Shown here piece by piece: positions 14,620 to 27,663 of a DNA stretch of 64,000 nt. Positions within the stretch are counted from its first letter, which is position 1; every line of letters starts with the position of its first letter. Position numbers and translations under genes: made by a program. Source of the stretch: Anolis carolinensis. Its lineage: Eukaryota. The stretch lies in NCBI RefSeq assembly GCF_035594765.1, contig NW_026943819.1:3720001-3784000 (forward strand), given 5' to 3'. Under the pieces are notes generated by a model. The model made no database searches and was not told where the DNA came from. It saw nothing but the letters and a program-made list of their open reading frames with translations.

Positions 14620-15330
14620 TTGGCCACTTGATTGGAGACTTGGGGGTTCTTGGCCATTTGATAAGAGACTTAAGGGTCCTTGGCCATTTGATAGGAGACT
14701 TGAAGGTCCTTGGCCACTTGATTGAAGACTTGAGGGTTCTTGGTCACTTGATAGGAGACTTGAGGGTTCTTGGACCTTTGACACGAGACTTGAGTGTTCT
14801 TGGTCACTTTATTGGAGACTTGAGGGTTCTTGGTCACTTTATTGGAGACTTGAGGATTCCTGGACCTTTGACAGGAGACTTGAGGATTCTTGGACCTTTA
14901 ACTGGAGACTTGAGGATTCTTGGTCACTTGATTGGAGACTTGAGGATTCTTGGACCTTTAACTGGAGACTTGAGGGTTCTTGGCCACTTGATTGGAGACT
15001 TGAGGATTCTTGGACCTTTGACAGGAGACTTGAGGGTTCTTGGCCACTTGATTGGAGACTTGAGGGTTCTTGGTCACTTTATTGGAGACTTGAGGATTCT
15101 TGGCCATTTGATAGGAGACTTAAGGGTTCTTGGCTATTTGATAGGAGACTTGAGGGTTCTTGGTCACTTTATTGGAGACTTGAGGATTCTTGGCCATTTG
15201 ATAGGAGACTTGAGGGTTCTTGGCCACTTGATTGGAGACTTGAGGATTCTTGGATCTTTGACAGGAGACTTGAGAGTTCTTGGCTACTTGATTGGAGACA
15301 TGAGGGTTCTTGGCAATTTGATAGGAAATT
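14620..15330. repeat. 30-bp minisatellite (about 24 copies) in intron 2 of gene 1
   Basis: Unit ggagacttgagggttcttggccacttgatt. Confidence 0.95.
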
Positions 15331-15378
15331 TGACACTCCATATAATTCCTTGGTTTCCTTTCCATCCCTTTCTTGCAG

Positions 15379-15814
15379 AACGAAGTGGCCCGAGAAGGAG
15401 GCCAAGCTCCGAAGAACCATCCAGCAGGTCCTGAAGTGCGACGTCAACCAACAGAACCCAATGGCCCCCCTCCGCTTGCCCTTGGTGGACTGTGTCCTCT
15501 CCACCGAATGCCTGGAGGCCGCCTGCAAAGACCAGGCCAGCTACAGGGCCGCTCTGAGCAACATCAGCTCCTTGCTGAAACCTGGGGGCCATTTGGTTCT
15601 TTCTGGAGTTTTGGAGACCACCTTCTACATGGTGGGCTCACGGAAGTTCTCCAGCTTGTTTCTAACAGAGGATTTCCTGAAGGAAGCCCTTCCGGCAAGT
15701 GGTTTCACCATTGTCCAGTTCCAAAAGAAATCCAGAGATGATAAAGTGATGCTGGATTTGTGTGATCTTACTGAATTTTACTTCATCGTAGCCCAGAAAG
15801 GGAAGGAGGCCTAA
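15379..15814 (+). CDS. NNMT: NNMT-like gene 1, exon 3
   Basis: ttgcAG acceptor; VLKCDV, DCVLSTECLEAAC, LLKPGGHLV; TAA; AATAAA at 15976. Spliced total 789 nt. Confidence 0.93.
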
Positions 15815-16629
15815 CACCATCAAAAAGTTTGGGAGACCCATGGATATCCTCAGAGTAGACTGTGTTTCTTATTCGAATTTTAATTCAATGTAGTCTGCCA
15901 TTAATTCATAATGTATCCCATAGAACAACCTATGTTGTCTAGGTACAACACAGTGTTGATGGGAAAGGGAAATACAATAAAGTCTTCCAGGAATAACAAT
16001 AAAAATGGCCTAAATTCCATTATTTTGGTCAATGTTTGTAATACCTTACTTTTTATTACAGATCACAACAGATGTCCCAAATAATACATTTCCCAAAAGA
16101 TCAAGAAGATAGCTTTAACATTACACACATGCAAAAATGAATAATAAATAGATAGATATAGATATTCCAGAAATGTAAACACGATTAAGGTATTTTATTC
16201 AGATTTGTAGTCAGAAAAAAAATTCGGAAGAGGTTGAAACTTTTTTCCCCCTGAGATGACTTTTGAGGACAGTGTCTCCTGATCTGGCATGAGATCTCAA
16301 CAAAGCCCTGAAATGACCATCATTGTGCAAAGGTTCTTCACAGGTAACAGGTCCTGAATCATTGCTCCCTCTTGAAGATCACAAAGGACAATTGTGTCCA
16401 CAATTGGCAGACATTTCTTTTGCTTTCTTCTTATTTGCTTTCTCATGGTTACATCAGTGATTCTCAACCTGTGGGTCCCTAGATCTTTTGGTCTTCAACT
16501 CCCAGGAATCCTAACAGTGAACTGGTTGGGATTTCTGGGAGTTGTAGGCCAAAACACCTGGGGACCCACAGGTTGAGAACTACTAGGTTACATCAAGGAG
16601 TTTTCCACTAATTAGCAAGAAGTTTTCAG

Positions 16630-16930
16630 CCAAGCCCAAGTTGTCCAGATGGAACTATTTTTTGGTGTCTATTGAAGACTTCTATTGCATCTTTCCATCA
16701 CACAAATGGTTTAGCAAACAATGCACCAAGCTTCTGATGACCAACTTTGTCCCCAACATCTCCTCCAAACATCTCACCGTACTTACAGAGCACACCGTGT
16801 ACATGCAATGAGTAGGTCAACCAGGTAAATCTGCTGAACCATTTGAGTTGAAAACTTAGATGTCTCTTCTTATCCACAAGAAAAATATATCCTGGCAATG
16901 GAGTCCGTGGATTTTGCACTCATTGAGCTT
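16630..16930 (-). mobile_element. Degenerate hAT transposase N-terminal (TTF-type zinc finger) fragment
   Basis: KRHLSFQLKWFSRFTWLTYSLHVHGVLCKY resembles the TTF-Znf pattern; short palindromic MITEs lie nearby (16456-16582, 17039-17172). Confidence 0.45.
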
Positions 16931-17311
16931 TCACTTGCTCATCAGTCACAGTCTTCTTCATATAAAGTTCAAGGTCTAGCAATGACACAGCTTCTTCTCT
17001 TTGCTCCTGTTCCATGGTTTCTTTGGCAGGGCTTGGATTAGTGGTTCTCAACCTGGGGTCCCCAGATGTTTTTGGCCTTCAACTCCCAGAAATCCTAACA
17101 GCTGGTAAACTGGCTGGAATTTCTGGGAGTTGTAGGCCAAAACATCTGGGGACCCCAGGTTGAGAACCACTGGATTAGATGAACCATTGGTAGACAGCTC
17201 AGTTTCCACAGTTTCCTCAGTTTCCACCTGTAATCCAGGTCAAATCCTCTTTATCTACCAGTTTCAAGTAGGCCAACTTGGTCACTTCCACTATGTCAGC
17301 TATTGCTACTA

Positions 17312-18030
17312 CAGTAGAGTCTCACTTATCCAAGCCTCGCTTATCCAAGCTCCTGGATTATCCAAGCCATTTTTGTAGTCAATGTTTTCAATATACAGTA
17401 GAGTCTCGCTTATCCAACGTAAACTGGTCGGGAGAATGTTGGATAAGCAAATATGTTGGATAATAAGGAGAGATTAAGGAAAAGCCTATTAAACATCAAA
17501 TTAGGTTATGATTTTACAAATTAAGCACCAAAACATCATGTTATACAACAAATTTGACAGAAAAAGTAGTTCAATACACAGTAATGCTATGTAGTAATTA
17601 CTGTGTTTATGAATTTAGCACCAAAATATCATGATATATTGAAAACATTGACTATAAAAATGCATTGGATAATCCAGAACGTTGGATAAGCGAGTGTTGG
17701 ATAAGTGAGACTCTACTGTATCATGATATTTTGGTGCTAAATTCGTAAATACAGTAATTACAACATAACATTACTGCGTATTGAACTACTTTTTCTGCCA
17801 AATTTGTTGTATAACATGATGTTATAATTTGTAAAATCATAACCTAATTTGATGTTTAATAGGCTTTTCCTTAATCCCTCCTTATTATCCAAGATATTTG
17901 CTTATCCAAGCTTCTGCTGGCCCATTTAACTTGGATAAGTGAGATTCTACTGTATATTGAAAACATTGACTACAAAAATGGCTTGGATAATCCAGGAGCT
18001 TGGATAAGCGAGGCTTGGATAAGTGAGATT
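17312..18030. mobile_element. Nested mariner-type MITEs (outer 17312-17952, inner 17396-17718, extra inverted end 17955-18030)
   Basis: TIRs and TA duplications are visible. Confidence 0.85.
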
Positions 18031-18578
18031 GCAATGTAAATTGGTAGAAAGGTATGTAATGATAGTATTAATATTCGAAATTTGGTTGAGACGGTGCTTT
18101 CAGTTCTAGAGGGACTCTAATTTTAGCTTCTCGCAAACTTGGCATGGGGATTTGGTTCAAATTCATGAGTAAATCAGAATTTTTTGACCTGAAAATTTGG
18201 GGAGGGATGAACCCCTAAACTTCCGCCTTGGCTACGGGCTTGATATATATTTATTTATTACGGTCGATGACCAGCAACATAACGGGCTTGATAGTATCAG
18301 TTCAATTCTGCTGAAAGGTAAACCCCAACATTTATCAGCATTAATAGCCAGGTGAGTGACCAGACTTGTTCTATTTTGCAAAGTCATTTATCTGGAGAGG
18401 CAGAAATTAACCTTTGAGCGGATTTTATCTACGACTCCTCCAATGAGGAAAGGGTTACTAGCGTGTTGCTAAACTATAAAGATTTAGCTGCCAAGAACTG
18501 TCCTCAAAGAGGAATCCGAAACAAGAGGCCCAGAGCAGGGAAAAAACTCATCCGCTGCCCAGGAAAGCTGAAAACACC

Positions 18579-18723
18579 ATGGAAGAATTCACCGGTGGAG
18601 AGGTTTACCAGAAAAAATTCGACCCTCAGGCCTATCTGGAATTTTTCAAGTTGGAAAGCGACAGTTTGGGAAACGAGGCCGTTACTTTTTACCTGGAATG
18701 CTTTTGCAAGACATTCACTCCAG
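18579..18723 (+). CDS. NNMT: NNMT-like gene 2, exon 1 (protein 262 aa from 18579-18723, 21868-22075, 27004-27439)
   Basis: accATGG context; MEEFTGGEVYQKKFDPQAYLEFFK; donor GTAGG at 18724; TATAAA at 18475. Confidence 0.9.
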
Positions 18724-19466
18724 GTAGGATCTTCCCAGCGTGTGGAGACCCTCTTTCGGAGATCTTTAGGCTGGAAATTACCCCGGCTTCTGCTCAGTGT
18801 GGAGTGAATGCAGTTTGACACCACTTTCACTGCTAAGACTCAATGCTAGAGAATCCCAGGAGCTGCAGTTTGGAGAGAAGCATTCTTGGCAGAGAAGGCT
18901 AAACAGCTTGTAAAGCTACAACTCCCAAAACTTGAGTTTAAGCAGGTAAAGTGGTGGCAAAATGCATTCAGTCTAGTGCAGAGAGTCTCTGCCCATTTGC
19001 ACGAAGAGAGGGAGGGCTTTCACACTGGTCTTAGGAACCCAAATCCCTCCAGTATTTTCAGTTGGTCATGTGGGTTCAGTGTGGGAAGTTTGGCCCACTT
19101 TTATCATTGGTGGGGTTCAAGGGATTCTTTATTGTAGATGAACTAAAAATCCCAGCAGCGACAACTCCCAAATGTCAAGGTCTATTTCCCCCAAACTTCA
19201 CCAGTGTTCACATTTGAGCATATTGAGTATTCATGCCAAGTTTGGTCCAGATCCATCATTGTTTGAGTCCATGGTGCTCTCTGGATGTAGGTGAACTACA
19301 ACTCCAAACTCAAGGACAATGCCCACCAAACCCTTCCGGTAGTTACTGTTAGTCGTGGGAGTTCTGTGTGCCAAGTTTGGTTCAATTCCATCACTGGTGG
19401 AGTTCAGAGTGCTATGTGATTGTAGGTGAACTATAAATCCCAGCAACTCCAACTCCCAAATGACTA

Positions 19467-19871
19467 CCCTGTTTCCCTTGAAATAAGACATCCCCAGAAA
19501 ATAAGACCTAGTAGAGGTTTTGCTGAATTGCTAAATATAAGGCCTCCCCCGAAAGTAAGACCTAGCAAAGCTTTTGTTTGGAAGCATATCCGCCGAACAG
19601 AACATCAGAGCAGATCGGTAAATGTACGTACCATAGAGTGTTGTAAATGGAAATACTGATAGTAATAAGAAAGGATTCAAAGTTTGTCTGGTTATGCTGG
19701 TTTGTGATGACAACTACTGCACAGTATATAATAAATATTCATTTTTTTGTTCAACAATAAATGTGAATTTTTCTTCATGGAAAAATAATACATCCCCTGA
19801 AAATAAGACCTAGTGCATCTTTGGGAGCAAAAATTAATATAAGACACTGTCCTATTTTCGGGGAAACACGG
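19467..19871. mobile_element. Tigger-like MITE inside an older repeat
   Basis: TIR ccctgtttcccttgaaataagac...gtcctattttcggggaaacacgg, TA flanks. Confidence 0.7.
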
Positions 19872-21867
19872 TATATCAATATCCCCTCCCAACCCCACCA
19901 GTATTCAAATTTGGGAGTATCGGGTATTTCAGCCAAATTTGGTCAAGTGAATGAAAATACATCTTGCATATCAGATATTTACATTATGAAGTAGCAATGA
20001 AAATATTGTTATGGTTGGGGGTCACCACAACATGAGGAACTGTATTAAGGGGTCACGGCATTAGGAAGGTTGAGAACCTTCTTCTCACCTTCTTCTCTCC
20101 TTCTTCTCCTCTTCCTTCTTTAAATGGGAGTTCCTGGAAATAAAATCATATGTCAACAAAACTGTGTTTGAAAAATAGCAAGCAAACTCCTAAATTCACA
20201 AGGATCTGTGATCATGGAGGAGGTAGAGTCTATCAACAAAGATAAGTGGAGTCAAGGAACGGGAAAGATCCCAGGCAGCTTTCCAAGATGAGAAGCAGGA
20301 ACTCAGCCAAAGGTTTTACACAAGAGACAAGAGCCTTGGACTGAAAAGCTCCCTCTGGCACTTGGTTTTTATGAGGTCTGCTGAACTGTGATAGGTCCTT
20401 TGGGATCAGCAGGCCAAGCGTTACCCTTGAGTCCCATCTGGGAGCAGAACCATGGGCAAACTTGGGTCCACCAGCCCTGGGCAAACTTGGGTCCTCCAGG
20501 TATTTTGGACTTCAACTCCCACCATTCCAGCTTAAGCGGCTGAGGGGGAAAAGGAAAGGGCCTGAGGCCAGGAATGGTGGGAGTTGAAGTCCAAAATACC
20601 TGGAGGACCCAAGTTTGCCGTTGCCTGATCTATACGGTCAAACAAATGAGGCTTTGGCACCACTTTGACTGCAATGACTCAGTATTATGGAATCCTGGGA
20701 GGTGCAGTTTGGTGGGACACCAGCACTCCTTGGCAGAGAAGGCTGAAGACCTTGGAAAACCACATCTCCAAGGATTCCCATTCATAGAGCCATGGCAATG
20801 AAAGTGAAGAAAAACCTTAATGTGGGTTAAGTGCATCAATTCTGCAATGTGGATGCATTCCATGTTGGGAGCAGAGTCTCTTGGAAAGGATGAAATGGGA
20901 TGGAACGGAACATGGGAACTGTAACAAAGTGTGAATTTTTTAGTTTACAGATGTCACGTTTAATTGTGTTTTAAAAGGGTCAATATTTCAGTTACTCTGC
21001 ACTCATGAGTTGGTTGCCATGGGGAAGGTGGAGAAGTGCAGGTTTGAAAAAGAAGCAGTAGTCTGTGCCCTGATGAGGTACAGTGAAGACTGATCCTCAG
21101 TTGAAGGGATCAGGGAGACTCCAATGCTTATTTTTGAGTCAATTGGTAAGTTTGGTGACTTATTTTAAGGTAGTCTGTCTCCTGATGAGGAACAGATAAT
21201 CTGTGATTGTAATTCACAGGGTGACTGCAGTTTAGAGCAGTAAAGAAAGAAGTGGCATTTTAAGAAGTTTGAAACACCTCATTCTAGCCTTGCAACTGGT
21301 AACCAAAGTGCCTCTAAAGAGAAAGTTACTGTAACCATTAAGTTTTGTGCCAGAATAAATGTGTTATTGTTCTTTTAAACATCTCAGCTTCTGTCATATA
21401 TATTACCATCAAAACAAACAAGAAGAAAGAAGGAAAACAAAATTTAAAAGGTCTCCTCTCTAAGTAGCTAGTGGTTATATCTTCCCATAGTGATGGCAAG
21501 CGTGGATAATCCCCTTTACATCTGGTGGCCGCATTATAAACATCTTTACACTGGTGGCAGCGGTTATAATATAATAATATAATTAAATAAACATCCAACA
21601 TCTCTTTTCCGCAGCAACACATTTAAGAGAAGCTGGATTCTATTAGATAAGAAGTATATTGATACAATCCCCTTATGTATATGTTGGTTCTGCATCTGCA
21701 GATCCAACCAAACATGGCTCAGAAATAAGTGTGAATAGAGCAAAGTAAAACCTCAGGAATCCTCTCCGGTGTTGATCCTTCCAACCCTGTCTGCAGGACA
21801 CTATATTTATGAAGCCCTATGTTCTTGGTTCCCCTTCCAGTTGACTCTTCCTCCTTTTTTCTTCCAG

Positions 21868-22075
21868 ATTTCCTGAAAGGAGACACTTTGATCGATCTAG
21901 GCAGTGGCCCCTGCATCTTCCAATTCATGTCAGCTTGCGAGTCCTTTGAGAACATCATTGCCTCTGACTACGTTGATGGAAACCTCCAGGAGATAGAAAA
22001 ATGGTGGAAGAACAAACCCGGAGCTTTTGATTGGAGTTCTATAGGGATGTATGTATGCCAGCTGGAAGGAAACAG
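21868..22075 (+). CDS. NNMT: NNMT-like gene 2, exon 2
   Basis: 208 nt, AG/GTAAG; [20 protein letters not shown]. Confidence 0.93.
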
Positions 22076-22150
22076 GTAAGGGAACAGCTTCTTGCCTGTA
22101 AGGGAATCTTCTCACCTACTAGATTTTTTAAATAATGTTTTTATTAAGTA

Positions 22151-22641
22151 CTAGCTGTGCCCGGCCACGCGTTGCTGTGGCAAAGTGGTGGTGGTATTGG
22201 TTAAAAGTTGTTGTGGAATTTTTATTTGACGTTATTTGTATTTTTTTTAATTAATTTTATTGTAACTTATCTTTTTTATTTATTATATTTTATTATTTTG
22301 TTGTATTGTTTTTAGTTATTTTGTTATAGTATTTTATTGTATTAATTTTTTTAGTGTTTTTTATTATTTTTATTGTATTATTTGTATTTATTTTATTTTT
22401 TTATTCTTTTATTAACTGCTAGGAGACCAAGTGGGCAGAGCTTAGCCTTCTACTGGCAGCAATTGGATAAAAACAATTATGTCTCTCCCTCTAATTAGGA
22501 CTTTATTTTTCTTTGCTTTTTGTTGTATCAACCTAGAGGCATGGATGATGGGTTGTGTTGTCAAATTTCGAGGTTGGGGGGCTTGTAGTTTTGTTGTTTT
22601 GTGGGTCGCTGTGATGCCATCACTCTTTTATATATATAAGA
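22151..22641 (-). mobile_element. Non-autonomous Helitron
   Basis: Minus-strand TC...hairpin-CTAG termini; related to the 7049 copies. Confidence 0.75.
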
Positions 22642-22849
22642 TTTCTGTACATAGAAAGAGTGAGAACAATGGTAGGTATAGGAAAGATAGAATGAGGGGG
22701 GAAAAGGAGAAAGGGAAAAAAATAAAAAAAATTAGGAGAGGCAAAAAAGAAAAGAAAAAAATATTTTTAAAAAAGTCTTTGCCTTCCAATTCATTCCTTT
22801 CAGGCATGTTTCATATCCATCTTATATAGATCCCGCCTTCTGTCTTTTA

Positions 22850-23240
22850 TGTTTATAAGTATCATTATCTTACTGACTTCTCATATTGATTCTATAATTA
22901 ATGGTGTTCGTTGCTTCTCTAGGAAGTCCTTGACTCTTGACCAGTCTGTTACTTTATGTCCTAATTTTATTATTTCTGTCAGAATGTCCATTTGCATTAT
23001 CTCAAGTACTTTAGTAGTCCATTCATGTATGTCTGGTATTTCTTTTTGTCTCTATTTTCTGGCTATGATAATTCTAGCGGCTGTGGTTAGATAAAAGAAC
23101 CATTTCTCTTGGTTTTTGTCTAATTTGATGTCAGTGATACTCAAGAGGAAGTATTCTGGTTTCATTTTAATATTGACCTGGAGGATTTCTTCCATACTCT
23201 TCCTAACTTCTTCCCAGAACTTCTGGATTTTCTTACATAA
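22850..23240 (-). mobile_element. L1/Tx1-type LINE 3' fragment
   Basis: Minus strand reads LTTAARIIIARK, like the other L1/Tx1 fragments. Confidence 0.55.
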
Positions 23241-23371
23241 CTAGATTTTTGAAGGCCACAAATATGTATTGCCTTTGGGGTTAATGGAATGTAGGTGATA
23301 GGATTCAATGGGATGTTCATGAAATACAACTTAATGTGAGGAAGGAGAAGAGCTAGCCTATATAGAGTTAA

Positions 23372-23828
23372 CTAGCTGTGCCCGGCCACGCGTTGCTGTG
23401 GCAAAGTGGTGGTGGTATTGGTTAAAAATTGTTGTGCAATTTTTATTTGACGTTATTTGTATTTTTTAATTAATTTTATTGTAAGTTATCTTTTTATTTA
23501 TTATATTTTATTATTTTCTTGTATAATTTTTAGTTATTTTTTGTTATTATGGTATTTTATTGTATAATTTTTTTAGTGTTTTTTATTATTTTTTATTGGG
23601 TTGCTAGGAGACCAAGTTGGAGGAGCTTAGCCTTCTAACTGGCAGCAATTGGATAAAAGCAATTATTCCTCTCTCTCTAATTAGGACTTTATTTTTCTTT
23701 TTTTGTTGTTGTATCAACCTAGAGCCGTGGATGATGGGTTGGGTCGTCAAATTTCGAGGTTGGGGGGCCTGTAGTTTTGTTGTTTTGTGGGTCGCCGTGA
23801 TGCCATCACTCTTTTATATATATATAGA
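23372..23828 (-). mobile_element. Non-autonomous Helitron
   Basis: Same termini; near-identical to 22151-22641. Confidence 0.75.
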
Positions 23829-24739
23829 TAGGTGGAAGCCTGGCTGACAAAAAACAACAGGTCAGAACAGACCAAGAACCAGAGAAGAAGGGACACAGTG
23901 AGCTGAGAGAACCTGAGGATACTTTCCTAGGAAGTTCTCTTGATGCTCCTTTGGTATGTTAGGACCTGAAATGAGGTAACTCAATGACACTTGTCCATAT
24001 CTGTGGTTTCACATAACAATGGTCTGGATGGGAACATATTCCCCATGGATGCAGAGGTCATACTCATTGTGTCCACCATCTACTCCAAGCATTGACTGTT
24101 GGCCAAGGCTTTCCAGAGATGCTTTCCTAAACCTTCTTTGAGATTCTGGGGACTGAAGCTGAGAAGCCTTCCCAAATTGTACAAAAAGCGCATGCGAACT
24201 CTGCAGCTTCATGAGGAACAGAACCATCTATTGTTCTTTTCCATGGCTTGTTATTCATTGTGTTTTCTTCTGCCTTTTCTGTGAGCTCTGGAGAGCCTTT
24301 GAATATAGGCATTGTATGCATCTGAAATTCCAGGCCTATTTAGCACAATTTATACTCTGTGCTAATTGGAAAGTCATTCCAAGTTCAAGGCATCACCCAG
24401 TCCATTCTAGAAGAGTGTCAACAAGGACAACAAGGACCAGCCTCACTATAACTCTATTCTGAATTCTACTAGGTCCCTCTTATTTGGGTATTTTAATCTA
24501 ATGATTCTATTTTTAAATTTATATTGCTGCTGCAGTCCTCCCACCTATGAATTTGACTGAATTGTATTGGTGGTTGTTTAATACGATTACTGTTGTATTA
24601 ACTTTTGTTTTAACTTTTGTTTTTATTACCATATTGTGTTTTAACCTGTGCATGTTGTCTTAATGTATGTGTGTTGTTCTTTTGTAACATTGCAAGCTGT
24701 CCTGAGTCCCCGCAGGGAGATGGTGGTGGAGTATAAATA

Positions 24740-24796
<57 letters not shown>

Positions 24797-24797
<1 letters not shown>

Positions 24798-26368
24798 TTA
24801 TTATGACACAGCAAACAAGATAGATGTGCTGGATTTCGTATCACAAAATCACAAGTCGAACATTCCCAAGTGTCTAGGACTGTGTGATGTATTTTCGGAT
24901 GATGCAAGCAGATCTCAGTCGGGTGGCCTTTTGCAGTTGTCAGATCGTGATTTTGTCAATGTCTATTGTTTCCAAATGCCGGCTGAGATCTTTTGGCACG
25001 GCACCCAGTGTGCCCATCACCACCGGGACCACCTGCACTGGTTTCTGCCAGAGTCTTTGAAGTTCACTCTTGAGGTCCTGATAGCGGCGGAGTTTTTCCT
25101 GTTGTTTTTCTTCAATGCGACTGTCACCTGGGATGGCAACATCAATGATCCAAACCTTGTTCTTTTTCCACAACTGTGATGTCTGGTGTGTTGTGTTCCA
25201 GAACTTTGTCAGACTGGATTCGGAAGGCCCACAGTATCTTTGCGTGCTCATTTTCCACAACCTTTGCAGGTTTGTGATCCCACCAGTTCTTAACTGCTGG
25301 GAGGTGATACTTGAGGCATAGGTTCCAATGAATCATTTGGGCCACATAGTTGTGCCTCTGTTTGTAGTCTGTCTGTGCAATTTTCTTACAGCAGCTGAGG
25401 ATATGATCCATGGTTTCATCGGTTTCCTTGCACAGTCTGCACTTTGGGTCATCAGCTGATTTTTCGATCTTGGCCTTGATTGCATTTGTTCTGATGTCTT
25501 GCTCCTGGGCTGCAAGGATCAGGCCTTCTGTCTCCTTCTTCAGGGTCCCATTCGTGAGCCAGAGCCAGGTCTTCTCCTTATCAGCTTTTCCTTCAATTTT
25601 GTCAAGGAACTTCCCATGCAATGTTTTGTTGTGCCAGCTGTCAGCTCTAGTTTGTAGTACGGTTTTCTTGTACTGATTCTTTGCTGTGTTTTGAGGAGTT
25701 TCTGATTTTTGACTTCAATCAAAGCAGGTTCTTCCCTTTGCTTTCCATATTCTGCCAGGGCATGTTCTTCTTCTTTGACTGCTTGTTTTACTTGTAAGAG
25801 TCCTCTGCCCCCTGATCTTCTAGGCAGATATAGCCGCTCAACATCACTGCGAGGTTGTAGTGAATGATGAATGGTCATGAGTTTTCTTGTTTTTCTGTCC
25901 AAATTGTCCAGTTCCACCAGTGTCCAATTTATAATGCCAGCAGTATATCTTATGACAGGTATGGCCCAGGTGTTTATGGCCTTGATGGTGTTGCCTCCAT
26001 TGAGCTTCCTTTTGAGAATTTTTCTGACCCTTTGTGTGTATTATTTACTGAGCACAATCTTCACATGTTCATGCTTGATGTTGTCCAGCTGTAGTATGCC
26101 CAGATATTTGTAGGCCTCTGGCTGGTGACGCTTTATCATTTGGCCATTAGTCATATTTATGCCCTTACTTTCAATGATTTTTCCCTTCTTCAATGCCACT
26201 GTCAAACATTTGTCCAAACCAAACTCCATGCTGATATCAGTACTAAAAATTCGGACAGTGTTGGTCAGAGACTGGATTTCAGTTTCCATTTTTCCATACA
26301 GCTTCAGGTCATCCATGTACATCAGATGTGAAATTTTGTGAGATTTCTTAGATGTTTGATAGCCAAGA
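24797..26368 (-). mobile_element. R4/Dong-like LINE, 5'-truncated within RT, frameshifted
   Basis: YMDDLKLY and YKYLG RT motifs, CCHC, PD...D; (TTA)n at the 3' end and (TTG)n at the 5' end. Confidence 0.9.
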
Positions 26369-26371
26369 TTT

Positions 26372-26412
<41 letters not shown>

Positions 26413-27003
26413 ATAAACATTAAGCTATGTGGCATTGCCTGGTCCACAGACTGGAGGCAAAGGTCAAGTTGTATGAGAAGAACATTCCCATCCCAACCTA
26501 AGGGCTTTTGTAAAGGCTCTTGGTCATTTCATAGGAGACTTGAGGACTATTGGCCACTTGATATGAAATTTTAGACTCCATGCAATTCTGAGCCCATAGC
26601 TATAGTAGTTGCACAGGCCATTTCTTTGACTTGAAACATTGCACTATATTCCTCTGCCCGAAATCATTTTAGAATATAACATTGTATTTTAGTTCTAGTG
26701 GTCCTTCCAGGCCATCCTCTCCTCCATCCCAGTGGTCTTTTTTCCTCTTTCTTTGCAGATTCATATGTTATTTGAGTGATTATATTCCTTCCGTTTATGT
26801 GATTGTTTTAGTCAATTGTTATGTTTTGTTTTTGTTTTTAATTCTTATAGCATTTTATAGTGTTTTCAGTGTTTTATTGTACAATGTTTTATGCTGATTT
26901 TATATTGGAAACCGCCCTGAGTCCCTTTCGGGAGAGAGGGCGGTATACAAATAAACTTTTACTTACTTACTTACGTGGTTTCTTTTTTGTCCCATTCTTG
27001 CAG

Positions 27004-27439
27004 AACGAAGTGGCCCGAGAAGGAGGCCAAGCTCCGAAGAACCATCCAGCAGGTCCTGAAGTGCGACGTCAACCAACAGAACCCAATGGCCCCCCTCCGC
27101 TTGCCCTTGGTGGACTGTGTCCTCTCCACCGAATGCCTGGAGTCCGCCTGCAAAGACCTGGCCAGCTACAAGGCTGCTTTGAGCAACATCGGCTCCTTGC
27201 TGAAACCTGGGGGTCATTTGGTGCTCAGTGGGCTTTTGGAGAGCACTTTCCTCGTGGTGGGCTCCCAGAAGTTCTCCATCTTGTTCCTGACGGAGAAATT
27301 CCAGAGGGAAGCCCTGGCAGAAAGTGGCTTTACCATTATTCAGTACAAAACACAACGTAGGATTGATAAAGAGATGCTGGATCTGTGTGATTTTGCTGCA
27401 TTTTATTTCATCATAGCCCAGAAAGGGAAGGGGGACTAA
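27004..27439 (+). CDS. NNMT: NNMT-like gene 2, exon 3
   Basis: ttgcAG acceptor, open to TAA; AATAAA at 27571. Confidence 0.93.
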
Positions 27440-27663
27440 GGCCTTCAAAACATATGGGAGATCCCTTGAATATCCTCAAAGTAGTCTGCCATTGATTCTT
27501 AGTGTGTCACTTGGTCATTTGGCTGAACAAGGGCAACTTACTTCATGGAACTGTTGGGGAAAGAAGATACAATAAATCTTTTCTTATATAAAAATTGATG
27601 TTCCATTATTTTGCCAAACACGTGTCATTTCTTCATAGAAATGTATACATTTTCACTCAGATA

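Noticed and set aside
14607-15434. 275-aa ORF with LRR-like GDLRVLGHLI repeats
   Set aside because: A 30-bp intronic minisatellite that is stop-free in one frame, absent from the paralog and out of frame with exon 3.
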